Source: Bdellovibrionota bacterium FG-1 (lineage in GTDB: Bacteria; Bdellovibrionota; UBA1018). Taken from it: 64,000 nucleotides of DNA. Below are positions 49,512-57,708 of this stretch, one piece after another. Position 1 is the first letter of the stretch. Each line of letters starts with the position of its first letter. Below the pieces are notes generated by a model, which made no database searches, was not told the DNA's origin, and saw only the letters and a program-made list of their open reading frames with translations. The stretch is taken from the NCBI GenBank assembly GCA_051382295.1, contig JBBCAW010000013.1:82610-146609 (forward strand). The letters are read 5' to 3'. Position numbers and translations under genes: made by a program.

Positions 49512-51332
49512 TTAAACCCCCCAGCGACTATTCTCCGCCTTTTTTTTCGCGGTTACCAATTCCTGCCTGAGTCCGGTTAGACGCACCAACACCGCCTCGA
49601 AATCCTTGTCTTTTCTATGGGCCGCAACAGTGGTGCCACTCTTTATGGCCAGCTCCTGTTCTACAGAGGCCTTAACTTGCTTCAGTCGGGAAAAAAATTG
49701 TCCTTCGGCGTTTTCGCGAACTTTTGCCGCACGGGCATGGATATGCCGTGTAACCTCAGCTTCGATTTTTCCAAATGCTTCATCAAGGGCTTTCTCAAAT
49801 GCAGGGATTACCTTTGACTTGGCTGCTGTTACCTCGTTTTTCAAGAGTAGTTCTCTAATCTGGGGGAATCCGACCATCGAGACTATTGGAAACAAGAACC
49901 CCACACCGCAGACTGCAAGGGCGATTGCTCCTATGGCGGCAATCCCGCCCGCAAAAATCTGAGAATTACTGCCAATATCGACCGTGATTTCCATATCTGG
50001 CGTCAAACTTGAATTCTCGTTTAAAGAAGAAACGGGAGAATTCTTAAGCTGGACTAGATTTTGAAACTCTCTCTGAAGGCCTTCAGCGAGAACCTTCGCG
50101 AGATTGGCCAGCAACCCTTCAAGTGCCTCACCATGAGTCTCAAGCCACTGTCGAACGCCCCTTCGAACGAGTGAGGGCACCCGATTTTCTATGAATTCCT
50201 TGAACTGAGGGCCAGAATAGGCGTTAATCTCTTCAAGTATCGATGTCCGAATTCCCTCCTTCAGGGCATTCACGGACTTACAGGTCATCGCGATAAACTC
50301 ACGTTCGCGGTCTTGAACATACTCGGCGATTTTCTTACTTTTATCCTGCTTCTCTTCTAGAGCGCGAGTTATCCTCGCGATTTCTCCTTTGAGTTCCTCC
50401 GCACCGGCATTCGAGTTTCTGCGCGCGATTTCGACCTCTTCAATCAAGTGCGATAGTATTTCGGAACCACGGCGCTGAAAAGTCTCTGATCGCAACTGCG
50501 CGGCGCTACCGGTCTCCAAAAGTGCGCCGATTGTCCTCTCGACTTCTCCTATTCCAGATGATGCGAGAAGGTCCGCCTTCCCTTCGACCTTCCCTGCTAG
50601 AGCCTGCTTAGCGCTCAGAGGAAGGACTTTAAATTCCCGCCCAAAAACAGCATGAAGACGCCGGCATGCCGTTTCAATCACGCGTGGGCGATCCTCGGTT
50701 TTGGCTAGACGGTCGATATGGTTCAAAATAAAAACGACACGATCCAAACCGACTCGAAGAACGCTGTCCTCCAAAAACGTTTGCTCAGATTTCCTCAATG
50801 CTGCAGTGGCATCAAGCAGGAAAATGACAACATCCGCTCTGGGGATATACCGGGCAGCCACTTCGGATCGCTGCTCATTCAAATCCTGAACGCCCGGAGT
50901 ATCTACTATGAAGAGGTTTTGTCTGAGAAACTGATTTGGGATCGCTAACTCAAGATAAGAACATTCCCTAGCGTCGAAATTCCCCTCAGCGGTAAAACGG
51001 TCGAGCGCCCCCTCAGAGTAATCCAGCTTTTCAATCGCTCCATCGGTCTTATGAATAAAAATGTGAGCTTCCGAGGCCCACCTGACTACATTAAGAGTCG
51101 TGGTGGTTGGGGTGGGTCCGACCGGCAAGATGTTTTGCCCTAGAAGGGCATTTACGAACGTAGATTTTCCTCTGTTGAACTCTCCCACAATAACGATCGT
51201 AAAAAGGCCGGTTTCAAGATCGGTGTTAAATTCGTCAATCAGTGGCTTGCACGCGAGAGATTCGAGACAGCCTCCAGCAGCGGTGGCAGCAGCCCCCACA
51301 ATTTCAATTACTTTGCTTTCTTGGCTGGCCAT
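49512..51332 (-). CDS. Dynamin-like GTPase 3
   Basis: GEFNRGKS, PTT, DTPG and NHID; hydrophobic paddle GGIAAIGAIALAV; AGGAGGTG RBS. Confidence 0.93.
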   Translation of the reverse strand: MASQESKVIEIVGAAATAAGGCLESLACKPLIDEFNTDLETGLFTIVIVGEFNRGKSTFVNALLGQNILPVGPTPTTTTLNVVRWASEAHIFIHKTDGAIEKLDYSEGALDRFTAEGNFDARECSYLELAIPNQFLRQNLFIVDTPGVQDLNEQRSEVAARYIPRADVVIFLLDATAALRKSEQTFLEDSVLRVGLDRVVFILNHIDRLAKTEDRPRVIETACRRLHAVFGREFKVLPLSAKQALAGKVEGKADLLASSGIGEVERTIGALLETGSAAQLRSETFQRRGSEILSHLIEEVEIARRNSNAGAEELKGEIARITRALEEKQDKSKKIAEYVQDREREFIAMTCKSVNALKEGIRTSILEEINAYSGPQFKEFIENRVPSLVRRGVRQWLETHGEALEGLLANLAKVLAEGLQREFQNLVQLKNSPVSSLNENSSLTPDMEITVDIGSNSQIFAGGIAAIGAIALAVCGVGFLFPIVSMVGFPQIRELLLKNEVTAAKSKVIPAFEKALDEAFGKIEAEVTRHIHARAAKVRENAEGQFFSRLKQVKASVEQELAIKSGTTVAAHRKDKDFEAVLVRLTGLRQELVTAKKKAENSRWGV

Positions 51333-51352
51333 AAGCTCACCTCCTATTGACT

Positions 51353-52999
51353 CTAATTTACCAATTCCCAGAGTTTATCTGCGGATTCCAACACTGTTCG
51401 CACTCTACTCAAGAGTCGTTCCGCATCTGCCACCTTGACCGATGGCGCCAAGGCTTGCCGAATTAAGCGCGTTTCAGTCTTGCATTCCCAGATGCGATTG
51501 ACTGCAACCCACTTTATTTTCTGAACAAGAGTGAGCCTTAATGCAGATTCCAAACGATCTCGAAGCTCTCCAATGGTACTCCGTATTGCAATGAACTGCT
51601 CTTTTCTTGCTTCGGCCAGTTTTTCCTGCATCAGATGTTGCTCAATAAATGGTAACGCTACTAACGCCGCCAGGCCGTACAACCCAAGAGTTCCGATAAC
51701 AAATGGTATGGTAGTAAAGGCGATGATTTGATTTAAAGGCTTTGATATCCATTCCTCTAACGGACCGAGCCCAGCGTTGGCGTCGCTTCTTGGGATATTG
51801 TCAACATCGGGCGGGCTGGTTGCTCCAGACACGACCTCAGTCGTCGTGAACTTTGCCCATTGTTCGACGATTTTCTTGTCCCACTGTTCAACAGTTGAAA
51901 TTAGCCACGTCTGAAGGAGGTTTTTATATTCGATGGGATCTTCAACGGACTGACAGCGTTGGACAGCTTCCTTTTCAGCGGCGTCCAAAAAAGCGTGCAT
52001 TTCCTTTTCTAACGCAGACCTCGCCTTAGCAAGCTCAACGGCGTCCTTCCTCGTTCTTGCCGCAAGACTCCTTAGCTTATCTAGCGTTTCAGCGCTCAAT
52101 CGTCGACCATTTTTAAGTGGATCTGAGAGGCTTTGAATCTCATTAAGCAGCACCGCTTCGGCAGTTTTAAGGAGGAAGTGTGTGCGTTCCCTTTTCCCAT
52201 CTTCACGTCGAAGTTGGATCTTTGCGGCCAAGCGTTCAATTAAAGCCGCGCCACAATTGGGTAGGCTAACTGATGGTTGCGCCGGAAGGCACTCAAAGGC
52301 AGAGTTTTGCTTTGCTGAAACAACCCAGATGGGGCCTGCATCTAAACCGCTTGGACCAAGTGTGTTCAGCAATCTTGTCCGGGCGGCTTTTGCAATTTGA
52401 TCAGGTGCCTCACGTACTCGGTCTAGACCATTGATAACGATACTTAGGCACGAGCGGCTTACGGAAAAAAGACGCTCCTTGAGAAAAATTGCTTCGCTCT
52501 TTTTTAGAACGGCGGATGCAGACAATACGAGAACGATCCCATCGCACTCCGGTAGCAAGTTGTACAAAACAGACGCGTCGGAGTTACGAAGATCGTTTAC
52601 ACCCGGTGTGTCAATAATTTCTACAAGCTCTTGCATAGAGGGGTGCGAAAGAACCGCCGCATTGATTTTCGAGCCAGCTTCCAATGTAAGCTCATTGGAA
52701 CCGGCCATGATTTCGTTGTCCTTATAGGTCTGCGTTCCACTTTGGCGCGACAGTGACAGCTCTCGATTGGCACCATATCGGACTCGTGTGATCACGCCCG
52801 TCGTCGGCGTAACATCGGTCGGTAGTATTGATTCGCCCAGGGCGCGATTTACTAGAGACGTCTTGCCAACGCTGAATTCACCGACAAACGCGATTGTTAG
52901 CAGCCCCTCTCGGCGAATCCTGGGCAGGGGCTCTGTTAAGCCGAGCTTCGTCAGTTCATCTGAGATTGCTTCAAGCTCTTTTAGGGTGTTATTTTTCAT
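51353..52999 (-). CDS. Dynamin-like GTPase 2 (divergent)
   Basis: GEFSVGKT, PTT, DTPG and NGLD; paddle IPFVIGTLGLYGLAALVAL. ATG 52999 is 1 nt after the Clp stop. Confidence 0.9.
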   Translation of the reverse strand: MKNNTLKELEAISDELTKLGLTEPLPRIRREGLLTIAFVGEFSVGKTSLVNRALGESILPTDVTPTTGVITRVRYGANRELSLSRQSGTQTYKDNEIMAGSNELTLEAGSKINAAVLSHPSMQELVEIIDTPGVNDLRNSDASVLYNLLPECDGIVLVLSASAVLKKSEAIFLKERLFSVSRSCLSIVINGLDRVREAPDQIAKAARTRLLNTLGPSGLDAGPIWVVSAKQNSAFECLPAQPSVSLPNCGAALIERLAAKIQLRREDGKRERTHFLLKTAEAVLLNEIQSLSDPLKNGRRLSAETLDKLRSLAARTRKDAVELAKARSALEKEMHAFLDAAEKEAVQRCQSVEDPIEYKNLLQTWLISTVEQWDKKIVEQWAKFTTTEVVSGATSPPDVDNIPRSDANAGLGPLEEWISKPLNQIIAFTTIPFVIGTLGLYGLAALVALPFIEQHLMQEKLAEARKEQFIAIRSTIGELRDRLESALRLTLVQKIKWVAVNRIWECKTETRLIRQALAPSVKVADAERLLSRVRTVLESADKLWELVN

Positions 53000-53000
53000 A

Positions 53001-54836
53001 TCATTGCCACCTGAGCGCAATCTTCCCTTCGGTCACGTCTATGATAACGGTTTCGCCGGACGTGGCCGCTTCCCTTTTCAAGGTTTCTAGGGCCAACGGC
53101 CCAAGAATCATATCGTCGATCGCGCGACCAAGAGGTCTTGCACCAAAAGTCAGATCGGCGCAGGTACCCAATACGAGTCCAACCGCTGCTTCGGTTACTT
53201 TCCAGGTCATGTGTCTTTGAGATGCCCACGATTCAAGTTTCTTCTCGATCTCCTTTTGAGCAATCAATCGGATATCTTGAGCCGTAAGTGGGTCGAAACA
53301 TACGACCGAATCAAACCTATTTACGAACTCTGGGCGCAGCATGCGTGCCAGTTGTTTTCGCACCTCGGTCTGTTCGGCCCGTGCAACCGGGAGATTGCTC
53401 GTGAAGAGGAAGATGAACTGGCGAAAATTTAACGTCTTACCCGCCGGAGTGGTGAAGCGCCCATAGTCGAGAATTCCCAGTAAGGCGTCGAAAAGCTCCG
53501 GGGCTGCCTTTTCAATCTCGTCAAATAAAAGAATTCCGCCTCCAGGGTTAGCCAACAACGCGGCCTCGATGGTTCCGGGCTTTCCGTAACCCGCAAAGCC
53601 CGGGCCGGCACCGAAGAGTTTCGTTGTCCCCGCCATGTCCTGTAACTCGCCACAGTCGCATCTCCAAAGTCGCGCTTGGTCGTCGAAAAGGAGTCCTGCT
53701 AATGCATATGCCAATGCTGTCTTGCCAACCCCAGTGGGTCCAACAAATAGGATCGACGCGGCGGGCTTCGTCTTGCCGGAAAAGCCTGCTGCTATTCTTT
53801 GAACGGCGCCTTCAAGGGCGTCCTTGGCTCGGTTTTGACCAATCACTAATTTGTCGAGAACCGATCTGGCCTGAAGCGCCTTCTCAGGTGTAAGGCGAGA
53901 GAGCCCACCGCCTTTGACGCCATAAAAGCCCTCGGCGGCAGAGCGCACCGCCTCGCCATCGAGCACTCCGGCTGGTTTGATATCAAGAATCTTTTTTGAA
54001 GTAGCGAGGGCACCTGTGTTGTCAACGGGGTCGCTCATTTGCTTCAATAGCTCGCTCAGCAACTGATGCATTGTCTCCAGCTGCTCACACGGCCCGTCCC
54101 CCGCTGCGTCCTCGCCAAACTCTTTGAGGGCATGATTCAGCAATTCAATACCCTTTGCTGGAAATCGGCGATCAGGCTGAAATTCCGAAGCTAGGCGTAT
54201 TGCCTCATCTATTGCATCTGAGGCAAGGACAACGCCTACGCTGGTGGACCGATGTGATACGAATTCGTAGAGAATGCTTTTGAGTTCTGCTCCTTCTGGC
54301 TCGGCGACAACAATCGTCTTAAATCTTCGAGCAAATGGAGTATCCCGTCGCTCCATTTCTGCCCATTTGTCAGCGGTCGTAGCCCCGATCACTCGTAGCT
54401 TGCCACTACTAAGGTGGGTCTTCAGGATTTCAACGGCATCGTGATTGCCTTCCACTGTTGTACCGAGGCCCAATAGGGTGTGGATCTCATCGATGAATAG
54501 GACGCAATCGCCGCTATCATTGAGGGCATCAATGACTTCCTTAAGGCGCTCCTCGAACTGTCCCCGATAGACTGTACCGGCAATCAAATCATTGACTCTA
54601 AGGGAATGAACAGACTTCGATTTTATCGTGTTTCCAACTCGTCCCTGGACAATGCGAAACGCCAACCCTTCAACAAGAGAAGTTTTACCAACCCCGGCGT
54701 CACCAACCAATACGACATTTCCCTTTCTGGGATCGTTTAGCCAGCGGAGCAACTCTTCGACGTAAAGCTCCCTGGACGCCCACCGAATGCCGCGCTTCTT
54801 TACTTCATCATTAAGGTTGTTGGAATAGGGAATCAC
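53001..54836 (-). CDS. Clp/Hsp100-family double AAA+ ATPase lacking an N-domain
   Basis: GDAGVGKT, AGTVYRGQFEER, LFIDEIH; GPTGVGKT, LFDEIEK, RPEFVNRFD and GARPL. Confidence 0.93.
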   Translation of the reverse strand: MIPYSNNLNDEVKKRGIRWASRELYVEELLRWLNDPRKGNVVLVGDAGVGKTSLVEGLAFRIVQGRVGNTIKSKSVHSLRVNDLIAGTVYRGQFEERLKEVIDALNDSGDCVLFIDEIHTLLGLGTTVEGNHDAVEILKTHLSSGKLRVIGATTADKWAEMERRDTPFARRFKTIVVAEPEGAELKSILYEFVSHRSTSVGVVLASDAIDEAIRLASEFQPDRRFPAKGIELLNHALKEFGEDAAGDGPCEQLETMHQLLSELLKQMSDPVDNTGALATSKKILDIKPAGVLDGEAVRSAAEGFYGVKGGGLSRLTPEKALQARSVLDKLVIGQNRAKDALEGAVQRIAAGFSGKTKPAASILFVGPTGVGKTALAYALAGLLFDDQARLWRCDCGELQDMAGTTKLFGAGPGFAGYGKPGTIEAALLANPGGGILLFDEIEKAAPELFDALLGILDYGRFTTPAGKTLNFRQFIFLFTSNLPVARAEQTEVRKQLARMLRPEFVNRFDSVVCFDPLTAQDIRLIAQKEIEKKLESWASQRHMTWKVTEAAVGLVLGTCADLTFGARPLGRAIDDMILGPLALETLKREAATSGETVIIDVTEGKIALRWQ

Positions 54837-56731
54837 TTCAGCCGCGTCCCCGTAGTGAAAAGGTTGGTCAGTTCGGAGTCGATGGCTTTTAGCTCGTTCT
54901 CCATTTGAGTCAATTTTCGCAGATTCTCCTCGGCCGACTGCTGAGCGGACTGGCGCTCTTTGAGAAGGTTAAGGAGCTGCTGCTGGAGTTCCGAAAACCT
55001 GCCGTCTACCTCCTTTTGGATAGCTGTCTTTAACGATGAAAGTTTTTGCTCCCAGCCCACCTCGAAGGACTTGACGTGCTCCGGAATGAGTTCCGAATAC
55101 TTTAGATGGACCTGGGCCTTTATCTTTTCAAGAACGCTTGGCCGGGCAAGGGTGTCTAAGAATCCTTGGAAATGCTTCTGTAAACCCAGTAGAGCACCGA
55201 TAGCGACCGGCAAACTCAAAAACCAGCCGGCCAGGAATGCTACGCCAAATTGTAGGGCTACTCCAATCTCTGCGCCGCCCTTTTCAGCATCAAATTCAGG
55301 AACGGAAAGGTTGATATCCTGACTCGCACCAATCGCATCAAACGTTTTTCCAAGAGTATCTGTCCAAATTTTGTTGAGCCTCTGACTGGCGCGATCAAAC
55401 GCCTTTCTCAGGCTGGTTTGCTGCTCGGAACGTAAGTCTTGTTGTAACTTTGTTTGTAGCGGCGCAACTATGGCTTCGAGGTGCTGCTTTATCTCGGCCT
55501 CCTCCAATGATCCGGCATATTCATCGAGCCCCGCCTCAAGGGCTTTTGAGATTTCGCGGAGTCGAGTGTTTAAGGCGCGAGAAAGTTCAAATCCTTTCGT
55601 GGTAAGCGAACTGTCGAGCTCCGCCATCAACACGTCAATCAGCTCCTGAGTTCTTATTTTCTCCTTCTCCAGTAGTGCGATGGCGGAGGATAGTTTTTGC
55701 TCGGACGCAGAAGCGCCAGTTTTCAAAAGTGGAAATGTTCGCTCAAGCAGTTCTTTGACGGCAGTATGGCCACGAGCAACGGGCTTTTCCAATTTCGCAC
55801 GGCCCCGCTCTGAAACCAGAAAGGCCGAAAGGTTCCTTTCAAACTCTGTGAAGCCAGACTTAACAAGCGGTAGAATGGACTCTTCGCTGGGTGGTGCCGC
55901 TCGACCAGTGCGGATCTCAAGCGTGTATAGAGCACTCACTGGAAACACCTGCGTTGTTTCAATTTGGGCTTCTTTATGAAGCTGCTCCTGTACATGCTTT
56001 TGCACTTTTTTTACGTTGGCCAAATTCTCCTGATCAATCTTGTTAATTACGAAGAAGAAACACTTAATGTCCTCCTTCATGATTCGATCCCTCAAAAAGG
56101 TGAACTCGGAGCCCGTTGCCGCCTGATCCACTTTGAAAAGAAAAATCACAGCGTCAACAGTAGGTAAAAGCCCGTAGGTGATCTCTACGCGCAGATCATC
56201 AGTGTCGTTTGTTCCGGGTGTATCGATAATTTCAACTCCGGCTGGAAGTGCTGGCGTGGGAAACGTAATCTGAGAAAACTTGATGGCCTGAAGGTTTGCG
56301 CAGGCCTCTGCATAGCGCCGCTTTTCGGCGAGACTTTCATCGGCTGCCTGGTCAGGTGCGATCAGTTTACGGAACTCAGAAAGAGTAATGCATTTGTGGT
56401 CTACATCCGGATCTCTGTATACGAGCTTATAGTTCTCCTCGGTTCCGAATTTGATACGATTGATAATGGCTGTTGTTGGCGCGTAAGACGAGGGTAAAAC
56501 ATCCGCGCCCAAAAGCGCATTGATCAGTGTCGACTTGCCATGGGAAAACTCGCCCACTACCGCGATTGAGAATCGATCCTCGTTCATGGCGGCAATATCA
56601 TCGCGAAGGAGCTTACTCACGCTAGACATGGCCACCACGTCGGCGATATCCGCTATTCTTCGCAGCCGTCTTTCAATCGCCTGTCGTAGGGCAGAATATT
56701 CCCCTAGATCCAGGCCGGATTTAAGATCCAT
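54833..56731 (-). CDS. Dynamin-like GTPase 1
   Basis: GEFSHGKS, PTT, DTPG and NKID; paddle GVAFLAGWFLSLPVAIGALLG; C-terminal coiled coil. Confidence 0.93.
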   Translation of the reverse strand: MDLKSGLDLGEYSALRQAIERRLRRIADIADVVAMSSVSKLLRDDIAAMNEDRFSIAVVGEFSHGKSTLINALLGADVLPSSYAPTTAIINRIKFGTEENYKLVYRDPDVDHKCITLSEFRKLIAPDQAADESLAEKRRYAEACANLQAIKFSQITFPTPALPAGVEIIDTPGTNDTDDLRVEITYGLLPTVDAVIFLFKVDQAATGSEFTFLRDRIMKEDIKCFFFVINKIDQENLANVKKVQKHVQEQLHKEAQIETTQVFPVSALYTLEIRTGRAAPPSEESILPLVKSGFTEFERNLSAFLVSERGRAKLEKPVARGHTAVKELLERTFPLLKTGASASEQKLSSAIALLEKEKIRTQELIDVLMAELDSSLTTKGFELSRALNTRLREISKALEAGLDEYAGSLEEAEIKQHLEAIVAPLQTKLQQDLRSEQQTSLRKAFDRASQRLNKIWTDTLGKTFDAIGASQDINLSVPEFDAEKGGAEIGVALQFGVAFLAGWFLSLPVAIGALLGLQKHFQGFLDTLARPSVLEKIKAQVHLKYSELIPEHVKSFEVGWEQKLSSLKTAIQKEVDGRFSELQQQLLNLLKERQSAQQSAEENLRKLTQMENELKAIDSELTNLFTTGTRLK

Positions 56732-56850
56732 TGACCCACCCTCATTTATTCGTCCAGCTCTCAAGTATAAAGCGGCCAATGTGATAACGCGCAGAGTTAA
56801 ATTCAGTGTTTTCTTATAGCTACGCCGCGTTACCTCTTGGGCCTAGTGCT

Positions 56851-56886
56851 TTTCAGCTCGAAGTTTAGTTTCAGCTCAAAGTTTAG
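56851..56886. repeat. Tandem 18-bp direct repeat abutting the IS end
   Basis: TTTCAGCTCGAAGTTTAG TTTCAGCTCAAAGTTTAG (1 mismatch). Confidence 0.85.
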
Positions 56887-57102
56887 TGTCGTTGCAAAGG
56901 GACTTTGTCCGGTTAATTACAATGCGATTCTGTCCGCCTATCGGCGTCATAGGGGCAGAACTTTTGGCAAATATGGTACCTTGATTAGGAATTTCAGGAT
57001 GAAGCAAAAGGGAACATGTCCGAATCCGTGTGCGTGACCCTATCGGTGGCGGTGGCGGAATCCGCCTCGGTAACGGTCACCGCTTCAGCTAACCGCCACG
57101 GC

Positions 57103-57438
57103 CTACGCCTTGGCATGAGTGAGTCGCCATAAGAGAGCCAAAATGCGATCAAGCACTGCATCCGCTTGTTGTGCTTGAGTGGCATCGACATAGCCCCAGC
57201 CGTGAGCAACTGAAAGCGCAGCACGCACTTCAGCCGCGCTGCCTGCGGCGATGCGATAGGCATGCAGGCGGTCCTTGCCCTGCCTACGAGCGCCCTCGCT
57301 AATGTTGAGCGGCACGGACGATCCGGCGCGCCGGATCTGGTCAGCAAGACTGCGGTCATGAAACGCAATAGCGCTCACTAAAGGCCTGAGCATCGGGATG
57401 AGCGAGAGTGAGACATCGTAAGCTTGAAATCGAGCCAT
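57103..57438 (-). CDS. Four-helix-bundle protein (23S rRNA IVP / TIGR02436-like)
   Basis: LADQIRRAGSSVPLNISEG and IAAGSAAEV; GGAGG RBS. Confidence 0.9.
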   Translation of the reverse strand: MARFQAYDVSLSLIPMLRPLVSAIAFHDRSLADQIRRAGSSVPLNISEGARRQGKDRLHAYRIAAGSAAEVRAALSVAHGWGYVDATQAQQADAVLDRILALLWRLTHAKA

Positions 57439-57631
57439 GAGAGTGAACCTCCAAGAGTGCGTGTAGAGCCGCCCGACCGTCGGGCCGCTTCACTCCAAAA
57501 GCGGCACGGCAGGTCGGGGCTGACTTGCTTGAAGGATGAGCCGAGAAGGTGTCTTGCAAAGCGGGCGTGACAGCGCGAGTTTTTTCGCGCTGGCGCGATC
57601 GTTTTGCTCACCTTGGAGACGCAAACAAAGA

Positions 57632-57660
57632 TTTCAAGGGGGTACCCAACCCCCTTGAAA
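57632..57660 (-). terminator. 12-bp hairpin downstream of the transposase, probable terminator
   Basis: TTTCAAGGGGGT-ACCCA-ACCCCCTTGAAA followed on the minus strand by TCTTTGTTT. Confidence 0.5.
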
Positions 57661-57708
57661 CCACGCGATCGTCGTCTATGGGGCAAATAAAGAGGAGGTC
57701 AAAAAAGG

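Noticed and set aside
56851..56886. Mini CRISPR array
   Set aside because: Two directly abutting 18-bp units, no spacer and no cas genes.
57103..57438. Avd-like gene as a sign of a diversity-generating retroelement
   Set aside because: No reverse transcriptase in the window, and no template/variable repeat pair with adenine-specific differences was seen.
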